A DNA stretch of 64,000 nucleotides, from assembly GCA_047967505.1 (NCBI GenBank), contig CM106538.1. One strand, given 5' to 3'. A program made the position numbers and the translations under genes. Shown here piece by piece: positions 48,260-62,519 of the stretch. The stretch's first letter is position 1, and the number at the start of each line of letters is the position of its first letter. This stretch comes from Dipteris shenzhenensis (Eukaryota). A model generated the notes under the pieces. It searched no databases and had not been told where the DNA came from. It was given only the letters and a program-made list of their open reading frames with translations.

Positions 48260-50870
48260 AAAGACTTTTTGCATCGACTGATTCACCTGTATCATACATA
48301 GTAAGCTTCAGTCCTGGCTCCATGGGAGTGGCTGTAGGCTTACAATCTTGCATGTTGAATCTATCCAAGAGCTTTTGTACAGTGCCACACTTGTCTTGTA
48401 TGAGATGGATCCCCAAATAGAAATTTACCATGCCCAAATCTGTCATGTCAAATTCAGCTTTCAATGAAGCCTTGAAATCTGCAATTATTTCCTCATTTGA
48501 CCCTGTGAGCAGCATGTCATCTACATAAAGAATGATGACTAAAATATCCCCCCCATCCTTCTTGATGTAGAGGGTGCTTTCAGTGGGACTATTGTGTAGC
48601 CCCTTGCTTGCCAAGAAGGCATCAATCTTGGCATACCATGCATGTGGGGCTTGTTTCAGTCCATATAAAGCTTTATTCAGCTTGCAAACTTGAAGTGCAT
48701 TGCTTGAAAGTTCAAACTCAGGAGTTCCGCAAGTCCCCATTAAGGAAAGCTGTTTTTATGTCCAACTGATGGACATTCCAAACAAAAGTTGCAGCCATGG
48801 CAATAACTGATCTGATAGTTGTCATCCGGGATGTAGGAGCAAAAGTCTCCTCATAATTTATGCCCTTTTTCTGACCATATCCTTTGGCAACCAGCCGTGC
48901 CTTGTATCTATCAATGGACACATCTGGCTTCCTTTTCACTTGAAAATCCATTTGGTACCAATGGCATGTTTTCCTGGTGGTAAGTCCACAACATCCCAAG
49001 TCTGATTTTTCTCAATGGACTGCAATTCATTGTGCATGGCATTCATCTAGTGCACATTATCTTGGGCTTCTTCGGAAGTATCAGGTTCTTCTTCATCAAG
49101 AAGAGTACCTGCATAAGTTGATTCAACAGAAAGAGCCCTGCCCCCTGCGTGCCTTGCTGCACTACGAGTCCTGCCAGGCAAAGGTGCCTCAAGTCTACTC
49201 TCCCTGAGAGTCTGTAGCAACCAGTTCGGAACTGTTTTTGCAGCATGTATCTCTTGAATCTCTTGCCTGACAACATCATCCAGTGCCTAGGGAGGAACAA
49301 AATCAGTAGGTGGCTGAATCAGGGCATGCAGATCAGGAGGAGGCTGTTGTAAATGCTAATTTTCAGCATGAGCATTAGCTGGAAAACCAAAAGCAATAGG
49401 AAGGAACCCCTCAAAAACATCATCTGAATAAGCGGAAATAGTGAATTCAGCATGTGTATGAGCTGAATTCTCTGAAAAAATTACATCTCTACTCACAAAA
49501 ATCTTGGGTGTGGCAGGATTGTAGAGACGATAGCCTTCGCTTTCTGCACTATACCCAACAAAGATACACTTTAGTGCCTTGTCTGACAACTTATGTTGAA
49601 ACTCCACAGGAACGTGGGCATATGTAACACATCCAAAGACATGAAAATGATCCACTGAAGGCTTTCTCCCATGCCAAGCCTTGTAGGGAGTGATTGTCTT
49701 CAAAGCCTTTGTGGGAGCCCGATTCAAAACATAATTAGCACACATGAGCCCTTAGAGCTAGAATTTCTGAGGCAACTTCTTGCTAGTGAGCATGCATCTA
49801 TCCATCTCCATGAGAGTTCTATTTTTCCGCTTAGCTTTGCTATTTTGCTGAGGGGTAAGCCTCACTGTAAGCAGATGTGTGATGCCTTTCTCCTTCGAAA
49901 ATGCCTCAAATTCATGAGACATATACTCCCTCCCTCTGTCAGTGCGAAGTGTTTGCACCTTTAGTCTTGTCTCATTTTCCACAAAGTGTTTGAAGTGCAT
50001 AAACACATCTGATTTTTTCTTCAAGCCATAGACCCAAGTGTAATTTGTGTAGTCATGTATAAATGTGACATAATACAGATAACCACCCAAAGCAAGTGTC
50101 CTCATGGGACCACAGACATCACTATGTATGAGCTGTAATTTTTGGACAGCTAGTACTGCACCATCCTTTTTAAAGGAAAATCTATGCATCTTACCGAGGA
50201 TGCACCCTTCCCTGGCATGAGGAGGAGGTGAGTCCAAAGGAGGCAATGCATCAACCATAGCATGCTTTTGAAGTGTCATCAAGCCACCATAGCTCATGTG
50301 TCCATATCTAGCATACCATAACTCCGCATTTTACACGGCAGCAGTGGGAGTGTTTACTGCAAGTGTAAGATTGGATCTTTTCTCATAAGCATCTAGCTGA
50401 AAGTGGCGTCCCCCCTCAATGACAAATTCAGCGAGGTATGAAAATCGAGATACGACTCGGGAAGAGAATTCAGAGGGGTGGTAATCATCTTTGAATCAGG
50501 AATGATCTCATCTATATTCAACAATTATTCCCTCAAATCCTGAAGCTTGGTGAGGTGAGCATTCATGGAATCACCCTCATCCATATGTGTGTGAGATAGC
50601 TCTCTCTTCAGGAAAGAGACCCGTGCATCATTTCTGGCTGCGAACATGCTCTCAAAAATATCCCAAGCTGCCTTCAAGGTCTTGCATGACCGAATGTGTG
50701 GAATGTTAAACCTTTTAATAGAAAGGGAAATAATTGAAAGAGATTGTGCATCACGTGAATCCCACCTTTTTTGTTTTTGTGTTGGAGGCACCAAAGCAGC
50801 AGCAACAGCTCCTAACAGTTGTCCTGCACCTTGTGGTTGACCTCTAGCTATGCTCCACCCTCCACCCACA
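48260..50870 (-). mobile_element. Internally deleted Copia fragment from the same family as the young element (gag, integrase, RT)
   Basis: Translations closely parallel 25645-29300, for example ARNDARVSFLKRELS, LIHSDVCGPMRT, MEMDRCML, YEETFAPTSRMTTIRSVI and YVDD; no LTRs seen. Confidence 0.9.
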
Positions 50871-52247
50871 ACTGATGGAAGCTATACAGTAGTACTAACG
50901 TTAACAGTCACAATTGAAAGTATCCATAGTTCCAGACTGCAAAAATCTTGCACGTATCCATAGTTCCACACTACAAGATTTTTTTTTTAGTAGCTTCATT
51001 GCAAGTTCATCAAATATCATTATTTTGAAATAAAAATGTACTCAGCATAACAGAAACTCACAAGCTGATGATGATGACTCAGAGCTAACAGGATAAAAAT
51101 ATCACAGGAAAAACTTCAAGAAGTAAAAAGTAGTACTGCGCGGTAATTTGATGCAGTTGTAGACTAGATAGGAGGTTGCACTTCAAAACCACCATGTAAT
51201 AATAAGGCAAAAATATTTCCATGCTCTTGTTATAGGTTCTTTTCCTGCCCTGGACTTGGTTTTGGTTGCAGCCCTTCACCCTTAATCATAAGAGCCTTCA
51301 AAACGGCTGTAGTGAACTCACACTGGACAGCATATGTGCCCACAATACAATTGAGGACACCTTAGCAGGACACATAAAATACAGGGATTGTAAAACGGTG
51401 ATGTACTAATCATTTTTGGCTAAGAATTGTTGATTTGCTGGTAGTTATTTGGATACATCACAAGTCTATCCATATCAGTATTTACATATTGTTTGTATAC
51501 ATAACATGGTCAAGTAAAACTGACCTACACAGCCACAGCATGACTCACACGAGGACAGAGTGTTCTAGCCCGACTAGAGAGACAGTGCTTCCAGGCTCAC
51601 TTTCAAGATCCACCGCCGAAGGGCTGGCTTTTCAACACCCTAGTGAGGCATGCTGCTATGTATGCAACACCATTCTGGGGGTGTGACCTCCCGACGACAG
51701 ATTGGAAGAAATTTGAGAGACTATAGGTGACCATGGGATCTAGGATGATTCAGAGTAAGCCCTTAGTCCCACACTAGATCATACAAGCAGAGTTTGTTGT
51801 GACACCACTTCGTATTGATGTCATCTTTCAGACATTGACTTTTCTGCATAGAGTATGGGAGCTACCCAGTTAGAGATTGCCGAGACTGGCACTTGAGTCA
51901 TCCAGACAACTAGCAGAGAGTGGGGGCGCCCTGGCAAGCCCTTTCTGGCTTGGGACAGCCGACCAGTTGGTTAGGCCTAGACCTACTACTTGGGTCGGCC
52001 ATATCAGGCTAAGGCTGCCCTATTTATAGGACCAGCCTCCCCCGTTTTCTGGTGTCACTTGGAGCAGTTCTTCTTCCCTCTTGTGGGTGTTTCCCCTTGC
52101 GATATACACAGTTTCCTTTGCCTCTATCAGTGTCTATTGTCTCTCACGACTTTCCACCTTCTTGGAGCATAACCACTATCGTACTGATATACAAAGCAGG
52201 GGACCCCATGGACACTGAGAACTACCACACTCTGATGATTGGCCACA

Positions 52248-55200
52248 TGTAGGCCATCTTCTCCCAGTTCTAGTGATGCCCTATAGGCCCTGGTATGTGC
52301 CTTGCAGGCATTGGTATAGGCACTTAGTTTATTGTGTGCCTTTTATGCCACATAGGACACTTAGTCCTATGTGACATCTAGGACACTTAGTCCTACGGCT
52401 AGGTACAAGTACTTTGCCCTTTGATTTGGGTTGGAAATTTGCAGAATATTTATTTGCAGATATTTGCTGTCATTTTTGGACAGCCAGCTCTTTGCAATGA
52501 TAGCCTTGAGGCTTTTGGGTTTTCAGGTCTTTTTCAGGGTATCCCATTTGCAATGGCTGGCAACAATCAAGATCTATTTGGCATTCTTTGTGAAGATGAT
52601 AAGTTGGATGGCACCAACTATCCGATGTGGTCTTATCTCATGAAACATGTTCTTGTTGCAAAGCATTTGTGGAATATTGTTTTAGGGGTTGATCTGAGGC
52701 CAGCCAATGCTATAGTGGTTGCCTCTACTGCTGGTCCCTCTGTAGGGGGTACTCCTCCTGATGCCTTATCTTCTAGCACTCCTGCTGCTGCTCCCCTAAC
52801 TCAGGAACAATCAAGATGGGATGCAAGAGATGCGAATGCACATTCTTGGATTGCTTTATCATGCAAGAGAATCATTATTCCACACATCCGGTTTTGCAGG
52901 ACAGCAAAGGATGCTTGGGACGAGTTGGCTTCTTTTTATCAGATTCGCAATGAGGCACATGTTGCATTTTTAAGAAGAGAGTTGTAGGAAGTCAGTATGA
53001 ATGAAGGTGATTCTATGGATGCATATCTGACAAAGGTAAAGGACCTCATGGAACAACTTGCCAATATTGATGAGGTGGTGCCAAATTCTCAGCTTGTCAG
53101 TACCACATTAAATGGATTGCCAGATACATATCAAGGGTTTCCTACAACCAATCGGTTAGTGGCCATGGGTAATCCAGACCACTACTCTTTTGATCAGCTT
53201 GTCACTTTGCTTTTGTAGGAAGAGCAAAGTCGTGCTAAAAGACAAGCCATTCTTCTTGATCATGCATTTGCTTCACAGCAGACAGGAAGAGGCAAGGCTT
53301 CCAAGAACCAATCGGTTAGTGGCCATGGGTAATCCAGACCACTACTCTTTTGATCAGCTTGTCACTTTGCTTTTGTAGGAAGAGCAAAGTCGTGCTAATA
53401 GACAAGCCATTCTTCTTGATCATGCATTTGCTTCACAGCAGACAGGAAGAGGCAAGGCTTCCAAGCCCATGGGCAAGCCTAAATCTGCGCATAGCAGCTG
53501 CAATTCCTCCCATGCATCTAAAAATAAAGCAGATAAGTCAAAGAAGAAAAGATGCAACTATTGTCGCAAGCTTGGACATGACATTTCAGAATGCAGAAAG
53601 CGCATTGCTTCAGAGAAAAAGAAAGCAAGAATGACAGTTAATGCCTCACATGCAATTGAATCCCATGAGCCAGCAGATGCTTCACATGCACATGCTCTCC
53701 AGGATGATTGGGCATGGGCTGTCCATTCTCATTTGATCCCTCCAAAGTTGATGCACTCTTTACTTCTAATGATGCTCAGTCTTGGTATTTTGATAGTGGT
53801 GCTTCCAGGCACGTCACATCTTGCAGAGAGTTGTTTCATTCTTTAGTTGATGCACCTCGAGCGGGGATTGTCACATGTGCTAATAATGCTTCCTATGCTG
53901 TAAAAGGAATTGGAGATGTGCAGCTCACATCCATTTCAAGCCATCCTGTCACTTTAACAAATGTTCTCTTTGTGTCTGGAATTGAAGTCAACTTGATTTC
54001 AATTTCAGCAATTGCCACTTCAGGTTTCAGAGTGATTTTTGATGGCTACAGATGCCTAGTTTATGATCTTCGCGATGACAATGCCATAGTTCTCACTGGC
54101 ACTTTGCAAAAGGGGCTTTATCACCTTGATCATCACTCAGCTGCACTTTCTATTGAAGCATTTGCTATTTCAGATTCACAGCTTGCTGAAACTCATCTTT
54201 GGCATGAGAGAATGGGTCATCTCAATTATAGAGCTCTTGCAAAGCTACATTCACAGTAGATGGCTAATGATGTACCTCAAACTCACACAGTTTCCAAACA
54301 TGTGTGTGAGGGTTGTCTTTTGGGTAAGATGCATCGGTTTCCTTTTCAAAAGAATTGTCCAAAACTCTCACAAAGGAAATTGCAGCTAGTACACAGTGAT
54401 GTCTGTGGCCCAATGAGGACAAATGCCATTGGGAGATACAAATATTTTATGACTCTCATTGATGACTTCACAAGATATTGCTGGGTATATCCTTTAAAAT
54501 TCAAATTTGAAGTGTTCTTATGCTTTCAGAGGTGGCTGAATATGGTTGAGAATGAATCAGGATGCAAGCTTGTGACCCTCAACACAGATAGGGGGGGAGA
54601 GTATATGTCAAAGGAGTTTGATGCATTTTTGTCTTCACGGGGCAGTGTTCACTCATGCGTTCACTCATGCACTACTCCTTACACTCCTCAGCATAATCTT
54701 GCTCCTGAAAGGAAGAACATGTCTACTATGGAGATGGCCAGATGCATGCTTAAGGCCAAGTCTTTGCCCAATAAATTTTGGCTTGATGCAATAATGTGTG
54801 CCAACTATGTGCTGAATAGATCACCTACAAAGGCATTGAAGACTGTTACACCTTATGAAGCATGGAAAGGCAGGAAGCCTTCACTTTCACACATGAGAGT
54901 TTTTGGGTCTCTTGCATATGTTCATGTACCATCATAAGCTTGATGACAAGGCAATCAAATGCATATTTATTGGTTACATCCAGGAGAGCAGAGGATATAG
55001 GCTATACCAACCAAATACTGGGAAGATTATTGTCAGTAGGGATGTAATCTTTGCTGAACATTCGGCTTCTCCTCTCGTGGACTGCAAAGCTAAGCCAAAA
55101 GTTGACATGTTTGATGCCTTTGAATCTTGGTTACCTCAGCATTCCTCAGAAGAGGACTTTGACCAGCAACATGAGCCTCTTGCAGGCCCTCCAACAAGCA

Positions 55201-56994
55201 ATGATCAGCCACTATCCCATGCTGATTTGCAGGTTTCTCTTCCAGCACATGGGAATTAGTAGATCTCCCTCCCGGCAAGCATGCCATTGGTACGAGGTGG
55301 GTCTACATCTGATGGCAGCATAGATCGACACAAAGCCCGTCTTGTTGCAAAAGGGTATGCCCAACAACAAGGCATTGACTTTGAGGAGACATTTTCTCCC
55401 ACATCCAGGATTACTACCATTAGGTGTGTCATTGCCATTGCAGCCCATCACCACTGGCAAGTGCACCAACTTGACATCAAGATTGGTTTTCTTCATGGGG
55501 ATCTGCAGGAAGAAGTCTATGTCACACAACCTCCTGGCTAAGAGGTTGTTAATTCTGAAAACAAGGCATGCCGGCTTGGAAAAGCCCTCTATGGTTTGAA
55601 GCAGGCACCTAGGGCATGGTATGCCAAAATTCATGCACGCTTACTATCCCTTGGTTTTCAGAATAGCCCCACAGAACCCACTCTTTATGTCCATGGGAGT
55701 GGATCTGATTTTCTAGTGCTGATTTTATGTGGATGATATGCTCATCACTTGCTCCACTATTATTTGGGCATTCAGTTTGGTCATGTTGAGGGGGGTATCA
55801 TGATGTCACAGTCCAAGTATATTGGACAGCTCTTTGATCGTTTTCAGTTTGAGGATTGCAAGCCAATCTCTACTCCAGTGGACCTAGGCTTCAAATTCTC
55901 AGCTCATGATGGGAGCCCACCATGTGATATCACTCTTTATCAGCAGGCTGTTGGATGCCTTATTTATTTATGTCACACCAGACCTGACTTACAGTATGCA
56001 GTATCTCAGCTCAGCAGATTCATGCACATGCTCAGTTCACAGCATTGGCAGGCAGTGAAGAGAGTTTTCAGATATCTCAAAGGCACTCAGAATTTAGCCC
56101 TCTTCTATGGTGATCATGGCTTACTTACCATGCATGCTTACACGGATAGTGACTGGGAAGGATGTTCCGACACCAGAGTGTCACATACTGGCAATTGTTT
56201 TTTGCTTGGCAATTCATGTATCTCTTGGCTTAGCAAGAAGCAACCAACAGTTGCCACATCTAGCTGTGAGGTTGAGTACTGGGCAGCTTTCACCGTTACA
56301 GTAGAGTGTGTCTGGCTTCGACAGTTACTTACACATCTTGGTATTCGCTAGACATCCTCCACTATGGTCTATATTGACAACCAAAGTGCTTTGGCCATTG
56401 CGTGTAACCCAATGTTTCATGCGCGTACCAAGCATATTGAAGTTCACTATCATTATGTTCGGGAGCGGTTGTTAGCAGGAGACATAGAGTTGCCCTATCT
56501 TCCCACAGAGGACAACATAGCAGATCTGTTTACAAAGGCACTTCTTCGTCCCAAGTTCGAAGTCTTCCGCGAGGCTTTACACTTGATTCCCTTTGTTACA
56601 TGATCTGACATACCTTGTATATTCATAGGTGGCTATATCCTTTTGGATGAACATGTGCCACCATGATCAGAAAATACCAGGTATTCTGAGACGTTTCTGG
56701 AATACTTCAGCCCATACCATGGAGGGGGGTTTGTAGGCCATCTTCTCCCAGTTCTAGTGATGCCCTATAGGCCCTGGTATGTGCCTTGTAGGCATTGGTA
56801 TAGGCACTTAGTTTATTGTGTGCCTTTTATGCCACATAGGACACTTAATCCTATGTGACACCTAGGACACTTAGTCCTAGGTCTAGGTACAAGTACTATG
56901 TACTTTGTTTTTACAACTTCCTCTAGTTGACATGACGGCTGAATCTATCGACTCTTTGCACCTTGCACTTGCTCTTTCATCTAACGATCCTACA
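52248..56994 (+). mobile_element. Degenerate Ty1/Copia LTR retrotransposon
   Basis: TSD CCACA (52243-52247 and 56995-56999); 3' LTR 56732-56994 after PPT GGAGGGGGG; 5' LTR 52248-52413 truncated with the PBS lost; gag from ATG 52553; pol with stops and deletions ending at 56603; 160-bp tandem duplication at 53147-53466. Confidence 0.93.
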
Positions 56995-57530
56995 CCACAC
57001 CCTGGGCAAGATCTATAAATCGGTATTGCAGAGAGAGATTAGTGGCCACATGGAGGCTCATGGGCAATGGGCAGGCAGGATTTCGGAGACAACACTGCAC
57101 TCTAGACCACATCTTCACCTTGAGGCTATCATTGAGGAGGCGAGGTCGAGATGTTAGAAAGTCTACACTTGCTTTGTAGACTTTCGGGTGGAGTTTGAGA
57201 CTGTCCCATGATCCCTCTTGATCAGAAGGCTAGAAGAGATGCAAATTTTGGAGATTATGATTTGGGAGGTGATGAACCTATATGTGTCTGTCAGAGGGAG
57301 AGTCCAGGCTCTAGGAGGCCTATTAGATTGGACAGAGAGCACGATCAGAGAGAAGCAGGGACGCCCTCTTTTACGACTCTCTTTGGGCTCTACATTGATG
57401 AGATCACATCCTTTATAGATTGCCCAGGAGGAGAGGGATCACTATTGACTGACCTAATGGTACAGATACTTCTATATGCAGGCAACATAGTCCTCATATC
57501 ATCTTCCGCAGAGAGATTGTAAAGACTTCT

Positions 57531-60500
57531 TGATATGCTCAAGTCGAGGTAACATGACCTCGGAAGGACCAGTCGGCATTTTCCTTTAAAGGATCAATGT
57601 TTGTATTATATTTGTTTGGGCTTCATGTAAATGATCAAAAAAGGAATAAAGGTCAAGGTCCTTGGTGCGGGTGACATGGCACTAGACTAGGTGGATCTAA
57701 GGCTAAGGGACCTAAATGCATGAAATGTGCCTAGGGGCAAATGTTTCAAAGTTATCCCAAGAGAGGGGTAAATGATGCATTAAGGAGGGACTCTAAATTA
57801 AGGACATGTGGCATACTAGATCCATCTAGGGAGTTTTGGGGCTCGTTGGAATTAAGCAAGCAAAAAAAGCTTTCACGAAAAAAAAACATATTCTTTTGGA
57901 TTCAGCAGAGAACCTTCCTACCACCGAGGTTGGCTGGGAGGATAAACTAAGTGCTTGTGCCCGTGATTCAATGTAAAGCTAGAAAAAAATCAGTTCGGAA
58001 TGTTTCATTTGGTATCAGAGCGCAGAGTATATTGCGAACGGTCTGGGACTGGCGGGGCGTTTGACGCATCGAGGGACCAGCTGTGCAATACTGTGGGAAA
58101 CGCTGTCGCAGGAGTTGGGACTCTGGCTCTTGAGATTTACGTTACGTATCAGGAGCAGCGCATGACCAAAGGGACTGTGTGGTCATAGAATAAGTTGCCG
58201 CAGGTGATGGCGCAATTGTTGGTCCTTGTTAATTAAGTGTCGTGATGGCGAACTGCTATGCGGGGTTGCTACGTGCGCTTGGAGATATCCCGTCACCTGC
58301 ATGGGTATACGTTAAAGCATGAATTGGGTGTGCGTTGGACGTCAGGATGGCGCACACATTGGTCTTGGCTGATTGACATCAAGGATCTTTGGTATCTTGG
58401 AAGGGAGACGTGAAGCGACTTTGCTGTCCCATGTCTAACATTTCAAAAACCTGCTGCAAATCAGCCTTGGAAGCTGCAATATGCTGAAGAGCAACGTAAT
58501 TTCTAAAAGAGCATCGTTGATCGCGTTGAGTAGATTGTCGTCAGGTCACGGTACTAGTAACTGGTTGCGCTTGATCGTGAGCTTGTGTGAAGGAGTGTTT
58601 TGGGTCTCCAACGAGGGTGTAATTGAGCTACAGCAGAAACAACTTGATCTCTTCATGCAGCAAGAATTATAACCAGGGAGCTCTCTATGTCTTCTAAGCT
58701 TTGTTGGAGCATATGTTTGGTAATTTACTTCCGTGTTTTAGTTTGGAATTCCTGCTTGTTCTATTGGGTTCCAGATGTTGAAGGCGTACTGGATTGATGC
58801 AAACAATTGGTTATATGCCTGTTATGCATGGAATATTTGCAGTTTAGGTGTGCAGGAGTTTCCCTAGTATAGGGAAAAGTGGTTTTGGTTATAAGTGTGA
58901 TATATAGTTGGTTAGTTGTAAAATTGGAAGTTGGACTTTCAATTTGTAATTACAGTTGCAAGCGGTGTTAAAACACACACACACACACACACACACAGAG
59001 CCCGATTGACTTAAATGGAAGTAGAAGAAGAAGCTTCCAGGATGGATCCCGTAGAGTCGGGAGTCCGGCCGACCCCGCAGGTGTCACACTCAGTAAGTCA
59101 TACATTATCTGGCAGAATTGCAATGTTAGAGGATGCCTTGCAACATATTTTAGCACAACAGTTATAGCAAATGTAGGGTAGTCTGAGCTCAGGAAAATGG
59201 TGCATAGTATGTCTGCCAGACCATCTCGTGAGGAGAAAGGTAAATCCATTGAGACCTGGCTACACAAATGGGACGAGGCCTAGGAGGGCTAAGGTGCCTA
59301 ATATTGCCAATTATAGGCCAGAAAAGTATTCTGGTCGGATGTCTGACCGTAGTTCCGATATCATTGAGACCTGTCTACACAAATGGGACGAGGCCTTCGC
59401 CATTTGTGAAATCAAGAATGATATGAAGAAAATCCGCAAGGCCATCCATATGTTTAATGAGGCAGCGGATAGGTGGTGGATAAAACAGTAGAAAGATGGT
59501 GTAGCATCCACTACATGGGAGGGGTTTAAAAAGGAATTTAGAAAACACTTCCTACCTCCTGACGAAGCATCCCGAGCTTGGGATCAGTATCGAAACCTTC
59601 GTCAGAGAAATTTATCAGTGGCAGAATACACTGATAAATTCAGAGAAAGTGTAATGAAGGTTGATGAACCCCTACCTCAGTCAATTCAAGTAAAAGATTT
59701 TATCTTTGGATTGAATGATCGGATAAAGATGGAAGTTCGGGCTAAGTATGCGAACACGCTAGATGAAGCAATTGCCATAGCCCTGAACTATGAGGATGCA
59801 AAAGCGAGCAGACCAAGTGGGTTTGTGCAGGTTGGGACTCAGTATGGGTACCTGAAGAAAACTGGGTTTAAGAAGAAGTGGATTAGCAAAGGGAGTGCCT
59901 CACAGCCTAGTGGTCAAGCCAAGCAGGCAAAACCAGTTGAGACTCCTAAATCGAGTACCACCATTGGAATGAAAAGAAAAGTAACACCAATGGCAGCTTG
60001 GGCTTGGTCGAAGTCTTCTTTGAACCCAGAGCAAAGGGAAAAAGCGAGGAGAGAAGGCTTGTGTTTTGGATGCTTTCAGCCTCATCAGTGGAAAGATTGT
60101 CCACGAAACAAGGATTGTTGGATGGCTGAGATGGTGGTCTCAGAATGCGACGTGGAAATGGAGGGAAGTCCTAGAGCAGAACAGTTGCAGATTCAGCTAG
60201 CGGGATCTTCTCAAAGGTCAGTAGCTTTTTTGTTATGTGTATCTGTTGCTAACTTAGTAACTAGTGCACCTGATAATATCCCGTCAAAGCTATCCCGTCA
60301 AAGCTGCAGCAACCGGGTTTACAGCCTTTAACGACATGGAGTTAATTAAGATGAAAGGGCAAGTAGCTAATCATGAGGTCATTGTGTTGTTTGACTCAGT
60401 GTCAACGCACAATGTAGCCTATAAATTAGAATTGCCACAGGGTTATAAGGTGCACCCAGTGTTTCATGAGGTGACTCACTAATTGAGGATGTTGTTTTGT

Positions 60501-61737
60501 TTCAGGAGATAGAGGATAATGCAAGACGCAAACCAACAAGAATCCTGGACCGAGGAACAATGCAAGTGCGCAATCGGAAGATACCCTGGACCGAGGAACA
60601 ATGCAAGTGCGCAATCGGAAGATACAATGATAGAAAAGATTCCTCTACAGGGTTCAGTCCGTTTGAGTTGAACTATGGTTATAGGCCAGCGAATCCAACT
60701 ATAGTTGGAATACCTTAGAAAGTGCCTAGTGCCGCGAACTTTGTGGTTCAGATGCGGGAGATGCTAGCACTTGCGAGAGCTAACATCCGCCAAGCTATGG
60801 ATAGAGCTAAGGCGTATGTGGATGAAAATCGATCCGCTAGCGAATTTAAGGAAGGAGAAAAAGTTTTTCTCAAAGTTCCTTCGCACTCTAAGTCTTTGAC
60901 TGCAGGAGAGTGTGCTAAGTTATCACCTCAATATTGTGGGCCATGGTTAATTCTAAAAAGAATAGGCAAGGTAGCCTATAAATTAGAATTGCCACAGGGT
61001 TATAAGGTGCACCCAGTGTTTCATGAGGTGACTCACTAATTGAGGATGTTGTTTTGTTTCAGGAGATAGAGGATAATGCAAGACGCAAACCAACAAGAAT
61101 CCTGGACCGAGGAACAATGCAAGTGCGCAATCGGAAGATACCCACGGTGTTGGTGGCATTGCATGGTCTATCTCTAGCAGAAGCTACCTGGGAATTCGTA
61201 TACCAGTTACGGAGAGTGTTCCCAGACTTTATCATGGAGGACGCTGATGTCTGAAGAGGGAAGGAATGTTACGCTCAAGTCGAGGTAACATGACCTCGGA
61301 AAGGTCAGTCGGCATTTTCCTTTAAAGGATCAATGTTGGTATTATATTTGTTTGGGCTTCATGTAAATGATCAAAAAAGAAATAAAGGTCAAGGTCCTTG
61401 GTGCGGGTGACATGGCACTAGACTAGGTGGATCTAAGGCTAAGAATGCATGAAATGTGCCTAGGGGCAAATGTTTCAAAGTTATCCAAAGAGAGGGGTAA
61501 ATGATGCATTAAGGAGGGACCCTAAATTGAGGACATGTGGCATACTAGATCCATCTAGGGAGTTTTGGGGCTAGTTGGAATTAAGCAAGTAAAAAAAGCT
61601 TTCATGAAAAAAAAAATGTATTCTTTTGGATTCAACAGAGAAGCTTGCTACCACCGAGGTTGGCTGGGAGGATAAACTAAGTGCTTGTGCCCGTGATTCA
61701 ATGTAAAGCTAGAAAAAAATCAGTTCGGAATGTTTCA
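57531..61737 (+). mobile_element. Non-autonomous chromovirus-type Gypsy (gag, protease stub, integrase C-terminus/chromodomain; RT, RNase H and integrase core absent)
   Basis: LTRs 57531-58007 and 61267-61737; TSD CTTCT (57526-57530 and 61738-61742); PBS TGGTATCAGAGC 58010-58021; PPT 61253-61266; gag TWEGFKKEFRKHF, FIFGL, GLCFGCFQPH; VLFDSVSTHN; AEATWE. Confidence 0.93.
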
Positions 61738-62519
61738 CTTCTGACGGCCCTAGAGGTGCTATATTGAGAGAGAAACCTAACAACCAACCTTGGGAAAACC
61801 AAGGTTATGATCTTCAACACCTCACGTGCAGTGCTTCACCGACATAGCTCCACTCACCGAGGTGAGCAAGTGGAGATAGTGCAGTCCTACACATAGCTGA
61901 GGACAGTCTTAACAGAGCCAGTTTTCATGATGACCCATGTAGCTATCTTTGGCCTAGCTAGAGAGACAGTGCTTCTAGGCATATTTTCAGGATCCACTGA
62001 TGTAGGGATGGCTTTTCGACACCCTAGTGAGGTGGACTGCCATGTATACAGCACCGTTTTGGTGATTGATCTTTCGGCGACAGAGTGGAGGCGATTTGAC
62101 GGGCTACAAGTGATCGTGGGGTCGAGGATGATTAGGAGTAAGCCCTCAGTCCCTCACCGTATAGTACAGTTGGACTTTGCTATGACACCTCCTAGGTTGA
62201 TGCCATTTTCCTGACGGTGACATTCTTCCATAATAGAGTTTGGGCCCTATCCCAGTGGACAATGGAGATTACCGAGGCTAGCAATAGAGTCATCGAGACG
62301 GCTAGCAGAGAGTGGGGTTGACATAGTATGGTATGCACGCATATCCACATGGTTTGCCCGTCATGGTATTCATATGGATTGGCTTTCCCCCTTTCATCTT
62401 GGATGAAACCATTGCCTGTGCCTTGATCAAGATCGTATAGACCCGGTAGGGGAAGTTTCTTTTGCCAGGATCTGAAGCAAAGGTGTTGAGGAAGGATAGT
62501 TTGACGAAGATTTAGGTTC

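Larger units (their letters stand above)
51520..62400 (+). mobile_element. RTEX-like LINE remnant(s) hosting two nested LTR elements
   Basis: IYKAGDPMDTENYHTLMIGH|TLGKIY is split by the Copia; LFGLYIDEI..LLYAGNIVL..RL*RLL|TALEVL is split by the Gypsy; EWRRF..LQVIVGSRMIRSKPSVP at ~62080-62160. Confidence 0.8.

Noticed and set aside
50880-51500. Unique-looking stretch with ORF 51085-51279 as a possible antisense gene fragment
   Set aside because: No recognisable protein motif or consistent exon structure.
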